This document shows, piece after piece, positions 1 through 13,585 of a stretch of 64,000 nucleotides of DNA (position 1 is the first letter of the stretch; the number at the start of each line of letters is the position of its first letter). Under the pieces are notes generated by a model that was not told the origin of the DNA, searched no databases, and saw only the letters and a program-made list of their open reading frames with translations. The position numbers and the translations under genes were made by a program. Source of the stretch: Chrysomallon squamiferum (lineage: Eukaryota; Animalia; Mollusca); NCBI GenBank assembly GCA_012295275.1, contig CM022673.1, positions 20,026,001 through 20,090,000 of the forward strand, written 5' to 3'.

Positions 1-255
1 ACATTACTGACTATTGCAGTTTCTTTGGTCTGAACCTCAAGATAAACATCAGTGTCAAGAACATGTCCGAACAATGTTGGCATCATGATAAAATGCCCAG
101 CAGTTTTAATTGATCAGTCTTTTGCCTTTATTTCTTGAATAAAGACTCAATAATCATATTGATAAAGCAGAATTCAGAGAGTTACTTTTAAGATATGAAA
201 TAACAAAATACACTAATAATATCTGAGGTGAACTGAGTGTTATATTTTATTTCAG

Positions 256-1306
256 CACAAAGAAGAATATCTATCTTTTCTGGAAGCTATTAAAGGTTCA
301 ACAGGAGAAAAAAGACTTGCAGCTCAGTTTATTGCCAGATTCTTTAGATATTTTCCTGAACTAGCTTCAAAAGCAATCAATTCTTTGTTTGACTTGTGTG
401 AAGACAGTGAAATAACAGTGAGTCTATTTTTCTGATTTAATGCAGGACTGAAAGTCAGTTTGCTTTTAATATCCAGTGAGATTTATCATTACAAATGAAA
501 AATGACAAAATATACTTTGCAAATCATTTGCATTTCATGAAGTATATTTGAACATTTTAATTCATACATGCAGCACATTTGTAAATTATTTTCATATGAT
601 GTTCTCACTTATGAATTTGAATTATAAAGTTTCACAGTAAAATAATTTGTTTAATTATTACTTAAAAATAATAATTCCTATATCAAGTTGCAGCATTAGT
701 TATTCAAAATAATATTTTTCATTTAATTTTTTAGTTACTCCCCAAATTATCAACACTGACTTCTGAAATTTCAGTTTAATTCTTTAAATATTAAATATAA
801 TAATAACAGTAAACATTAATTTATTGTTGCATGAAATACAACTGCACCCTGCAGTATGTTTGGATATCACTTAAACACTTTTTTTCAGATCCGGAAACAA
901 GCCATAAAGGAATTGCCGCATTTGTGTAAAGTTTGTCCAGAACATGTTCCCAAGATATCAGAAGCTTTGACTCAGCTACTAGCATGTGAAGACAGCAGTG
1001 AATTCAGCTATGTGCAGTCATCTCTTCTTACCCTTTTCTCATGTAATGCTAAAGGTTAGTTCTTCCAGCCTACTACTGGCTTCATGGCTTTAGAACAATA
1101 TAAGACATTTTGTGACATACAGTGTTGAAAGTTAGATATTTTTATTTAATTTTAAAAAGAAAGAATATATATATATATTTTTTTATATTGTTTTGTTTGG
1201 GGGTGGGGGTGCTAACTATTCTTTTTTTGCATTGATTTTGGTTTTCATATTTATATTAATTAGCTGGTAATTTGTTTATTAATTTTTAATTGAATAATTA
1301 TTAAAT

Positions 1307-1348
<42 letters not shown>

Positions 1349-4300
1349 CATTCAAAATATTTTTAAAATAGTAAACTGTTTTTTAGTACAAGTAAAAGAC
1401 TTTGATAATGTAACATGGTTTATTAAAGGAACACTGGAGGGGATATTTAGCCAAATACTGGCTGAACATGAGGAGGATGATGTGGTACGTGACAGAGCCA
1501 TCAAATTTCTTGTGTTGAAATTAAAAACACTGGAGGAAGATACATTAGACAAAGATGCTGAAGAATTCATCATTACAGAAGCTAAAAAGGTTCTTTTTTT
1601 TCTGTTTTATGAGAAAACAAGCTATTTACATATTAGTGTAATTTAAGTGCATATAATTATTCTATATGTTTATACAGTAAATACAATCTTGAATGTTATA
1701 TTATCTGAAAGAAAAACATGTTTCCCCATTCCTTACAATTGTTCTGTATGAACATATAATAATTTATCTATATATTTTTAACTTCAACATAAATATAAAC
1801 TGTGTATCTCAAATCTCAAATTGAATACTAACAATAGGATTGGACATGTTGTTAATATAGTGATATCTTAGGCTAACAATGTTCATAAAGGCAACTTTAA
1901 AATTAAGGAAAAAATGTCAATGACATGTTAACATATTTGTGCATCCAGACTTTTTATATTTTTATATTTCATGCATTTTTAATATATGCTATGCTAGTTA
2001 TATGGTTTAAAATTACATTTACTGTTATTTCTGTTAAAACAATTGGATTTTGAAGATACTTGTGGATGTCACAAAGGATGAATTTATCTCAATTATGGAA
2101 CTGTTGAAAAATTTGAAAGTCATGAGTACAGTGATTGGACGTCAACAGCTGGTGGATATAGTCACTGAACAGGCAGAACTAGATGAGCCTTTAGAGGTTA
2201 AAAGTTATTTTTTAATTTTAATTTTTAAATGACTGCCAAATATGTGTATTTTTATTAAAATAGTTAAACTTGATGATTTCTTAAATTTTGGAATTGAGAC
2301 AGTTTCTCTTCATATTGTAAACATTATTTTCAGTTGTAACCCTGACATATTAAAGAAATAAACATGTTTTGCTTGCTCAAACAAAGTAACTTCATGTTTT
2401 TATTTGTTAATTAACTGTTTTTCTCCTTATTCCAGCCCACTGACATGGACTGTGTTGACCGACTTATATCTTGTATTAAAATAGCTGCTCCTTTGTTTTC
2501 AGTAAGTAATATGTAGATTGTTATCTTAGGCATTCTACTGTTTATGTGGCAAATATGAATACACATTGGAAACTATAACTGTTACAGTTGCCACAAGTTT
2601 GCATAATTATCTTATTACATAATAAAGTATTGAAAACATTTCATCTTATCTTTTTAACTCCTTTTTTTTTAAACTATTAAAATTTCAAGTGCACCTAAGA
2701 ATAGGATGCTGGATATTAGCTATTTAAGTTGCAGTATGCAATCAAAAAAATAAAATATTACACCTACAGTCTTAATTTGTGGTCTATAGTTAGTCATGTC
2801 AATAATTTAGTTTTTGTATATGATTTATTTTGTTGGTCAAAATAAAAATATTTAATCTTTTCTGTAGTAAACTGCATGTTTTATATATATTGTACAAAAA
2901 TAATTTATAAAATTTATGTATTTATATAGCAGAATGCATATATAGTTTTTTAAACAACAATCAGACTTTAACATTTTTATTGTCATAAAATATTACAAAC
3001 ATAACAAACACTAAAAGGGTCATTCCGTGTCAAATCACCCCAAAAAATTTAAACCTGACTGTCTCAAATTTTTATGAAACTTGGTATACTTGTTGACTGG
3101 GATCCCACAGCACCAAATCTTAGGCCAATTGGACCAGTGGTTTGAGAGATATGGAAGCCCTAATTTTTAGATTTTCGGCCAAAATGGGTGTGTCCACCAA
3201 CCTTTGAACCCTCATATCTCAGGAACTACTGGACCAATCTTTGTAAAATTGGTATTGTTGAAATGGCAGTATGACAAGGATTCCAAATCATAGCATATCA
3301 TATGAAACTATTTTCCCTTATTGCTTTCTCACCAGTTCAACAGTCACAGAGTCATTCAGTCACCCACTTCCCCCATAGTCTTGCAATTCTATCGCCATCC
3401 TTTTTATGCAGAGTACATCTGTCGAGAAGATGCAATAGAAGGTGTATCAATGATACAGAAGATGTCCCATTCACTAACCAACAAGTGTCTTCTTCATTTG
3501 GCCAGTTTAATAACTTAGAAGGTCTGTGAGGGTGCATGAAATGAATGAAGAAATCTTCATGCTCTTCTGAAATGTCCTCAACTAGCCCAACCCATGCCTC
3601 ATTGTCATACAGACAACAAACATCGTTTTGTTTCCTGTCATATCATCCTCAGAATCCTGGACAGATACTAGTTCTGGTGGGTTACTCTGCAGGCTCAACT
3701 TGTAGGCATGCATCTTTGACTTAGACACTGGAACTAACTGGTGAAATTGCTGTGTTCCCTTGACCAATTTGGGCACTTGAAACCTCCCTTCTAGTTCCAT
3801 CTCATGCTTTGCTGTGTGTTCTGGTGTGATGTTGAAAAAGTGAAAGCCTGGAATACTCTTGATGCAGAAGTCCATGATAACCTCACTGGTCAGGACTGGG
3901 TCTGTGTATGGACGCTGCAAACTGGCCTTTGTCAGCAACCTCTTTGCCTTCCAACCCAAAGTCCTTTTCATGATGGCCAATTAACAAAATTGTTCTTATT
4001 TTTATATGGTCCAGCACAGCATCAGTGTCATAAAATAGCGCAGTGAACTGAATTGATCTCAAGACTAGTTTTATCTCAGGCATAATCACTGTATTACTTT
4101 AAAATATAGCAGTCATAGTACTAGTAAATTTACCACTATTCTTATATTAGACATAATAGTAGTTGAAGTAATAATAGTAAAAGTGTAGTTGTAGAAGTAT
4201 CAGTGTTGTGATACCCATAGAAATATTTTTATTCTAGTATTATTACTACTACTGCCAGTAATAATAATAATGATGATGATAACAATAACAATGATAATAA

Positions 4301-7300
4301 TAATCATAATGATAATTAAAGCAATACAAATAGTAGTAGAAAATGTGGATGTATTCTCATAGATGTAGCAGTAGTAGAAGTAGAGTAGGTAGTAGGAATT
4401 ATATTAATAATGTAGAGGGAGTGTTAGTATAATTACTAGAAAAAGTGGTAGGATTAATTGTCAGAAGTAGCAAACTTCGAAATAGCTATTGTAGTAGTTG
4501 TTGATATAATGGTGATGCTAGTAGTAGTAGTGGTAGTAACAGTATTTGTGATAATAAAAGTAGCAGTAGTGGCGATGATGGTGACAGTAGTAGTTGTTCT
4601 AATAATAAAAGTAGTAATAGCACCATTAGTAAAAATAGTAATGGTAGAAGCACTGGTGGTGGTAGAAGTAATACTAGTGGTGGTTGTAGTAGTAGTATTA
4701 GTGGAGGTGCAGGTAATAACAGGAGTTATAATAGTAATAGCAGTACTAGAAGTAACTACTAGTACCAAACGTAGTATCACTGATAATAGTGTCAGTAGAA
4801 AAAGATGTAGTATTAGTAGAAATAGCTAGGAACAAAAGGTAGTGGAAATAGAAAGTAGTAGAAGCTTCTAATTGCCATGTACTCAATAGGGATTTCACCA
4901 GGGGATTTCAAGGAGTTCCTGACATGCCTGAAGCGACACTTCCTGTTAACCCCTTGCGCCTGATTGTGTAGAACATGTCATGCCATTTGGCATCTTTTAG
5001 GCATTCCTTCAGACATGTCAGGTGGATTTAAACTCAAAGATGAGTTTTTGGTCTCAGAGAAGTGTATACATGTAGAAAATGTACATTGTAATGCATTGTA
5101 TCAATCATCTGTGCAGGTATGCATTTTTTAAATCTATATTGTGGCTAAACAAAAAAGATTACATCTCTGAAACTTTTGTATGTTTTAGTTAACATGTGCA
5201 AGATTAAATGTCAAAAAAGGTTGTCTCAAGGTCACATGACGAACCTCAGTTTCAAGGTCATAACAAAGGTCAAAAGGTCAGTTTATCCCAACATTCTCCA
5301 AACTGAATAATAATGGCAGAAACCTGGTCAAATTGCCTTTTCAACAATACCAATTTCATGAAGATTGGTCCAGTAGTTCCTGCGATATGAGGGTTCAAAG
5401 TTGGTAGTTACACCCATTTTGGCCGAACCTTTCTAAATTCGGGGAGCCACATCTCCCAAACCACTGGTCCAATTGGCCTAAAATTTCGTTGAGACTGTTC
5501 GGTTTAACCCATTGGGTGATTTGACATGGATTGACCCAAAATGAGATTTTCAACATTTTTGTTATCAAAACTATATACACATTTTGCTACACACTCCCCA
5601 CATGACAAGATGTCCTGATTTTTAATATGTATGATCAGTAATCAATGTTAACACTGCTTTGTATGCTTCATCTGGACACTGTTGAAGCCAAATTTCTTCA
5701 GTAAGATGTCTCAGAAATTATCTGTCAGTCTCCAGATGAATTAACTAAACCTGCAACCTAACAAAAATAAAATTCACCAGTTTTCTGCAATGCTGGCCAT
5801 TGTGTTGTATGACCTGAACATCTAGGTACTGAAGTTCAAGATACTAGCCTTCTGCTTCATTCACAAAAATAAAATAAACAACAAACAGTGTTTTCTATTT
5901 TCAGAAAAATGTTCACTCTAAAGCATTTGTTGTGTACATCTGTGACCATGTTTTGCCAGTTCTGACACAGTTAGCCCGGCCATCTCCAGAGGTTAATCCA
6001 GAGTTGGAGATTCTAAGATTGTTTGCAGAAATTTCAGAATTTTGTGGTGAATTTGACAAAGCAGAAGAAAGAATGGAAAAAGTTCTTAACAGACTCATTG
6101 TAGGTTGAAATACTATATTTAATTTTATATAAAAATAATGTCTATATCGATCTATCTATCTATCTATCTATCTATCTATATGAATAAATGAAGTAACATC
6201 GTGTTTTGCTGATTACTATCTATTCTGTTCTAAGATAGGTAATTGTTTTGCTTTCAAAATGCTTGCGATAAATGACGAAGTAAGAATCATAAACATAACA
6301 GTATAATGTATTCTGTGAATCCAGTTATTGATAGAATGCTGAATAAAAAAACTAATCACTTTTTAATATCATAAAATCATAAATTGATCAGTTTTAAAAC
6401 TTAGATTACAGATTATTTTTGCTTGTTGATTAGCTCCATCAGAGAAAATTTCAACAGTGTTAGGTAACTTTTGTTTGCAGTCAAATCACAGCAAGTAAAA
6501 AGATAAGAAAACTCTTTTGTGTTTGCTTCAAATGACAGACTTATCACACCTGTGTCTTTATTTGCCTCTGGTCTGGTGATTACAAACATTTTATTGTCCC
6601 TAATTAATACCTGCAACACCTTTTTGGAGTAGTCTCCAAGGATTAGTTGTGTTTATATAATGCAGAGGATTTTTGTTAAACATCAAATGCTTGTAGTCCT
6701 TTATAAGTAACATTTATGTTTATATATATATGATAAATACACATCACAGTATTTTAACTTATTACCACTAATTATTTAATAGAATGAAAAATCAAGCTGC
6801 TTATTTAAATAAAGTTATGCTGTTCTTTATAAAGGTGTTTGACCCATATTAGTTGGGGTTCTTTGATGTTTTTTTAAAAATGGAAATCCCTGAGTCATTT
6901 AACTACCTTAAAATGCAATATGTTTCTAAAATAAAATGCATCTGAAGTTTAAAGATATGTCAAACTATAAATATAAAAAAATAATAATTCTTTGAATGAC
7001 TGCAGCAATGACAGATCAGCTGGTCTTTAAACTATAAACAACAACAAATAAATGTTAAATTCTAATTAATTCTTGCTGAAACTACCCTGACTTGTTTTAT
7101 CAAAGTTATGGGGCTTACGTTGCCAAAAAATGCATGGTTGTTGTGGACCAAACATAAGGGTACACTGGCTCACAGTTTTATTTCAAATTGAAAAGGTAAA
7201 TTTTTTTTATGAGCTTTGCAGTGGAAAAAAAAAGAAAACGATATTTTTTATTAAAAATGTTAGGTTCAAGTATGTAATTTGAAAGATCTTGACAAATCAT

Positions 7301-10189
7301 TCACAACACTAGTGGAATTTTTCAAATCAGACTAAAACTGAAACCACAGTGTCTGTTTGCACTGTTAGTCATTTTAGCAGCATTCAGCCACGTGTCATTT
7401 TGAAGATTTTGGCATGTTTAGCATGTTATTGTGAATACACATACAAACATACAGTTCTGAAAAACATTAAGCTCATTTAACAAATTGGTCCTAGCAGTCT
7501 TGTTGATTTTATGTCTTTTGTATCGATTATTTTTCAAACTACAGTTGGCAAAAGTTTGTCTTTCTTATACTCTGCTAAAATATGGCTGAAAACAGACCAA
7601 ATACTTGTATCAATTTGCATATACCTTTTGAACTGCCAGAAATAGTCAGAATTTATTGTGTGTTTTGTTTCTTTTTGTTACAACATTCGTTTTGTGTTAC
7701 TATTCTTGAAATTAAAGTAAGAAACAATTTGCCTGCTGGTACCTACTAAAGAAAAGATTAAAAATAAATCTTTCTTCATTCTCAAAGTTGTGATATTAAT
7801 AGTTTCAATAAATATTATTACTGCAGCAAAAAACACAATTTCTAATACTTAATATATTTCCTCTAGTTCTTATATCAATTTCTCTGTAATTCAGTATAGC
7901 TAATACAAGTATTTTTATGTGTAAGAATAAAATTTGTTTAAACTAAAATAATGTTTTCACATGAAGTGTGTGATAAAATTCATAACTGTTTTAATTTCAG
8001 GACTACATGCCACTGCCACCATCAGGGGAAAATGAAACTGCAGCAGCAGTGATAGAGGAACCCAAATTGAATTTTTCATATGTGGAATGTTTAATGTTTG
8101 CCTTTCACCAGTTAGGAAAAAAAGATATCCTGGGTTTTTATTAGATGAAGTTAATCAAGAACGGCTAAAAGATTTTAAGCTCAGGTTTGTGGCTGAATTT
8201 TTCATAACTTTGTAAAAGATGTGATATATAATATTAAATTGAAAGTTATGATCATACTGCATGATTATTGAATATTGGTTTTAGTATTTTCCTTTTGTTT
8301 TTTGTTTTTTTTTGTTTCTTATTTATGTATTTATTTATTTTTAATCAGTTTGTTTATTTTAATTTATTGACTGATCGTTTATTTTTTCTCAAGAATTGTA
8401 GATTTATTTTATAAACATTTACAGACTGCAGTATTTTGCACGAGGTGTTCAAGTGTACATAAAACAATTACGAGCTGCTTTGCAAGGAAAAACTGGTGAT
8501 AGTTTAAAGACAGAAGAGGTATGTACCAGACAAATTCAGTTGAAATAATGTAGTTAATGACAATTTGGCAGTGTAATTTTTTTATTATAATTTTAGTGTC
8601 AAACTGTTTTAATTATGTTTTATTTTTTGTATAAAATGAATTACAGTTTTGAATTCAGTGAAGGTATTCTTCATAAAGATTCTCTATTCAGAGATTTTCA
8701 ATAGAACTGCTTCTTCATAAGCAGGTGCATCTTTTTCTTTTTTTGTCATGTTGAATTAACAGCAGATATACAAAGTTTTGTATATTGAACAGTCATTTAT
8801 ACATAATAATTGTGTTAAAATGTTTGTGATTTGTATTAATTCAAGCAATGCTGTGATTTAAACATCTTAGTTAACACACATAGTATTATATCACTGCAAA
8901 TTATCAAATACTACAGCTATTACTACTAGTTTTTGATCAGACAGTGCAAACAATTCAAAATTTATAAGCACTAAAATAAATAGAAGTTTCTGGTTGTTTT
9001 ATTTATGAATTAATAAAAAAGAAAACGAAACAACATTTACAGGTTATGCATTCACATTTTTATATTTAATTTTACTAGAATAAGCTGAAAGTTGTTGCTC
9101 TAAAAACCACATCAAATATCAACATTCTGATCAAAGATCTCTTTCATACACCTCCCGCTTACAAATCTTCAATCACACTCTCCTGGAAGCCACTGCAGGT
9201 AACAAATTGTGTTTCTAAAATGATTTGCAACATTAGGATACAGACAGTTTTTTTTTTTTTTTTTGTTATAGGTTTGATTTGTTTTGTATTCTGCAAATTA
9301 TTTTTCTTTTTTCTTTTATTTATTTATTTATTTATTTATTTTTAAATTTAAACATAACCTGATGTTAAAAATGATAAACAATGTAATAAAATATTAGAAA
9401 TTTTTATTAAGAAATGAGTACTTTTCACTGGCTTTATATACATTGATGAAGTAAAATTAATAATGTTTTGTTTAAATTTCCAGCCAAAAGTAACATCAAA
9501 TTCTAAATCTGCAGTTTTACCAGGGTATGTATCACTGACCAAAATGGTGACAATATTTATTCTTATTATTCTAAAACAATATCATTGATCAATCCCAGAT
9601 TAAAGTAAAGGGATTGTTAGAGGGCTTAACATGAATTTATTATATCGTGTGCATACATGTAATGTTTTGTTTTTTAAGTTGCATATAAGGGGAGATAATA
9701 ATGCACAATCATCATAATGAATAAATGGAATATCAAAATTATGAAACAACAAAAATGTGGAATCTTACATGAACTGATGCATGCACACACACACATGTAA
9801 TATTTTATTCATCCATTATTTAATTTCAGCCAGAAGAGAATTACACCAATAACATTTGAAACAAATGGTACAGGAGGTAAAAAATCAACTCCAAACACAG
9901 TCAGTGTTAAGCATGAAGGAAGACAGTTGTATGCTCCTCCTAGTGGTAAATTTAGCAACAAGGCAGGACATTTTCCAAATACAGGTACCTTCTTATTTTT
10001 TTTAAATCTATGATAAATAAATGTATGGTATATATTATTTAAAGAGATAACATTAGGATCTAGGTGTTACAAATAGTAATTTGATGATTTTGTTTGTTTG
10101 TTATCCTAGGGGTAAGAGGAGGCTGGCAAGGTCGTGGACGTGGTTTCAGAGGTAGAGGTCGTGGCTATACAACATACAACAAATGGTGA
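256..10189 (+). CDS. API5: Apoptosis inhibitor 5 (5'-partial; first coding exon lies upstream of the window)
   Basis: Exons: 256-417, 889-1054, 1429-1589, 2056-2196, 2436-2501, 5905-6099, 8001-8184, 8425-8518, 9079-9198, 9484-9524, 9830-9984, 10110-10189 (TGA). All have GT-AG boundaries. The translation has API5 hallmarks: EKRLAAQFIARFF..FPELA, IRKQAIKELP, GRQQLVDIV.EQA, EEPKLNFSYVECL, RLQYFARG, DLFHTPP.YK, YAPPSGKF, and an RG-rich tail. Exon 8001-8184 has an apparent frameshift (see findings). Confidence 0.95.
3017..5537 (-). mobile_element. Decayed DNA transposon with long terminal inverted repeats (Sola2-like) in an API5 intron
   Basis: The left end GGGTCATTCCGTGTCAAATCACCC (3017) matches the reverse complement of the right end ...GGGTGATTTGACATGGATTGACCC (5537). 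Imperfect TIRs span about 3017-3268 and 5334-5537. AAAA flanks both ends (4-bp TSD candidate). Broken transposase-like pieces lie on the - strand at about 3350-4090 (CAGPYKNKNNFVN / HHEKDFG / KASLQRPY..LT / KGTQQFH / FMHPH..WP..EDTCW). GRG...CYC termini with a 4-bp TSD fit Sola2; the family call is inference. Confidence 0.75.
4150..4862. repeat. Degenerate (GTA/ATA/GTG)n low-complexity tract inside the transposon
   Basis: Continuous imperfect gtagta/gtaata/gtggta trinucleotide repeats. This tract produces the poly-Val and poly-Thr ORFs at 4454-4829. Confidence 0.9.
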
Positions 10190-12075
10190 CTGAAAAACTG
10201 ACAACATGGGCAGTTTTTTATGATTACACTAACAGCATCTGAATGAGAAGGCTGTCTAACTGGCCACATATGTGAATCACTGCATTTCATTAATACAACT
10301 CACTAGATATTTGTGTCCATATCAATTGAAAGTGCTGCTTCAAATGTCGGATGCAAATAAATGGATTATTTGTATAATTATTTTACCACACTCAATGTGT
10401 TTGCTGAATTTAACATGGTGAACTTACTAGAAATGGAATATAGAAACATATACTAGTTCTTTTATATTGTTAGAATAATATAAGTAAATAAAAAACATTT
10501 GTTAATTTAAAAAAATAATCATAAAATACTAGTATTAGAATTTTGTTATCTTGATGCAGTTGTACATCATTAATAAAAAGTGAATTAATAGTTTAATCTA
10601 TTGATTTTTGCACTGATCTTTTTATTGTTACTATTATCATTTGATACATTCAGTATTAAAGCCTAAAATTTTGAGTGTTCTAAAACTGTCTTCAAACATT
10701 TATAAATTTTAAATATTGTGTTTTTTGCATCTTTTGTAACATCTTATTTTAAAATATTAGTTGAAAAAGAACCTGTTAATTCTGAACATGTGAATTAACC
10801 TGCAGTTTTACGCAGAATCATGAAATTCTTATGGATGCAAAAAAAACAACAAAAAATCTTAGAAGTATAATTTTTAGCTGCCATTTTTGTTTTTTAGGAA
10901 AATTAATTTTTTTTAGGAGCTTGTTTGTTTTTGTGGCTTATAAATTTAAAATATATTTTTGGTTGTACACATTAATGGTCTAAAAAAAAATTATGCTTAA
11001 AGTTATTATTTTATTGGTTTGGGTAACTTATCACTGTTAATAAAGTATGACAATAAATTAATAAATTTTAATTTTATTCTTGTTACAATTTGCAATTTTT
11101 TCATATTAATTAAGATGAAAAAATTGCAAACTAAAGTAATTTAAGATGCAGTTTAATGTTGCTTAGAATTTTGGTAATAGTAAACTGAATATCCTTGTCT
11201 TATCCAGAAAAAATTTCAGATGTGTTTATCACTGATGTATATTTGATGAACAGTTTTGAGAATTCATATACTTACAGAAATATCGAGAACTTGTGAAGGA
11301 TGGTGGCAAGTTCTTTATGGAAACATTACATAATTTTGTGATTTCAGTAGTTGATTTGCTTACAGTTGCAGTTCATACCTTTTATTATGTATAGGATAAA
11401 TCGAGCTGAATGCATTAGAAAAAAATGTTAGTGTTGGTATATGCTTGGAAAATCCCAAAATAATGTAAATGTGTTTTGTATTATAGCAGAAAAGAACTTT
11501 TATTTTAAAATGTCACATAGCTGGCATTGAAACTCAGTTATTAATAATGTGAAGTGGTTATTATACACTGAATTAAGAAACAAGTGTGCCAATTAAGTGT
11601 ATTGCTTGATAACTAATTGCTGGTACTATGCAATGTATCAAACGGTTTATTTAACTTTGTAAGTAGAAATATGATTTATTGGTAAGGAGGATCTTTTTTT
11701 TTTGCTTAATCTTAATCATGTATTACAATTACATTTTTAAATAATATTAATTTGATCTAAAAATTATTTTCTTTTCTTTATTGATTTGAAAAAATAAAAG
11801 GCCTTTAAAAATGAGTGTAGATATATTGCTTGTCCCATTCCTTTTATAACCATCTTTGTTTCAACTTTTTAAATTCAGATTAAGTTGTTAATAAATTGGT
11901 GTTTGAAAGTTGTCTTATGATAACTGGTTAACAAGTTTCCAAAAATGTTAAAAAAAACCACTATTAGAAATATCTTTTTTATTGTTTTGATGGTCATTTT
12001 TAATGTTTATACCAGAAATTAATAAATCTAAAACAGCTTAATAGGTCTATCATAATCTTAAATCAACGAATTTTG

Positions 12076-12108
<33 letters not shown>

Positions 12109-12894
12109 TAATTTTTAAAGGACTATTGTTATTAATATTTTCTTCATCACTTTCATTACACACGTTTTAACTGATGAAACAAAAAAATAAGTGTTAGGAA
12201 CTGTTGGCTTTAGTATGGCTGAATATAAAAGTTCGAATAAAGAGGTGCAACTGTAAAGTACTAGTTTATTATTCTGAGACAAACCTCTAGGTAATGAATT
12301 ATGGGTATGGGTGCAATATTTGCTTTAATCAACAGTTGATTTAAGGACATCAAATCATTAAATATTTTGTAAAAAATCACTTAATCCAAACAGATTCAAT
12401 TCTTATTGCAAGTAATTTCCATTAAAGTGATTTTGATCCAGCCATTTAATTTTAAATAAAAGTTTTATTATTATTGTTGTTGTTTTGTACATTTTGGTTT
12501 TTATGTTAAAAATTTTTTTAAGAAATTAAATTAAAAGAAAAAGAAAATAAAGAAAAGTTTATGATACTTTAATATTGCAAGAATAAAAAGTTTTAAAAAT
12601 CGATATTTGTGTTATTACTTTATAATAATATCTTTCGTAGCATGAGCTTATATAATATATTGTGGTGGTATTTGATTTTCGGCGGTTTAACTTCGTGGGT
12701 ATGAGTATTTGGCGTGTGCTATTTAGATACAATAAAAGACAAACGATTGTTTTATACCAGGTAAACATTTATTTATTTTCAATAAAAACAACTTTCTTCA
12801 AAAAATATTCTGAAATTAAATAAAGAAATGCTGATGAGGAATTTAACATTTTTCTTTTTCTTAAAATTTTCTTTTCCATTTTTGGTTCAAATTA

Positions 12895-13007
12895 GAGTTA
12901 CCTGCCTTCGCGTAGTTATGAACATAGTTTACAAATGGCGGTGTAAGAAGAAGATAGATTTAAAAAAAAAAAACCAACGTATTCCGGTAGTCAAAGTGGC
13001 CCTGAAG
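12895..13007 (+). promoter_or_regulatory. Probable promoter / non-coding first exon of the CH-ankyrin gene
   Basis: Local CpG enrichment, a YY1-like CAAATGGCGG at 12932-12941, and a donor CTGAAG|GTAATG at 13007. The next acceptor (ttacag, 13548) precedes the ATG at 13586. Confidence 0.45.
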
Positions 13008-13585
13008 GTAATGCAAAAGAGACAGTTGTGTTTATAACTGTATTTATAATTAATAATACATTTCTAAATTAAATTTTATCAACTAAATTAGATTTATTGA
13101 ATATCTAAAAATGACATCAATGAAAAAAAGACGACTAGTTTCCAGTTTTACCACTAATATTAGTAAAAGAAGATTGATCAAATATAATATTTAATTTACA
13201 TTGTTTCTGTTAAACTTTAATAAAACAATTAACAATTAAATATCAGATTATTAAAATAATAATTCCTTCAAATGCAAAGATAACATAACTATAAATTATA
13301 ATTATTTAAGAATCATCAGAAAGTATAAAATCAAGTAATATCAAAGATATTATTTAATGGTAAAGAATCAAGAAGGTTGTTAATTAAGAAGAGAAAATAA
13401 AATAACACTTAAAGGTATAATATTAACCAAAATTAAAAAAATAATAATACATAAATAAAATATGATTGCTATGATAATAATATTGATAAATCTTAATTAA
13501 ATTAGAGTATGATATATTTGCAATACATATTAGTAAATGGCATTACAGATGGATATATTTCATTGGTAGTATAGCAGTGGAGAAT

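Noticed and set aside
4454-4829. Poly-Val (+) and poly-Thr (-) ORFs resembling a membrane protein or mucin
   Set aside because: They are by-products of a degenerate (GTA)n tract inside an intronic transposon, with no splice or domain support.
12215-12256. ATGGCTGAATATAAA... as the first coding exon of the ankyrin gene
   Set aside because: It closes after 13 codons (TAA) and lacks a convincing phase-compatible donor. ATG 13586 directly precedes the CH-like domain.
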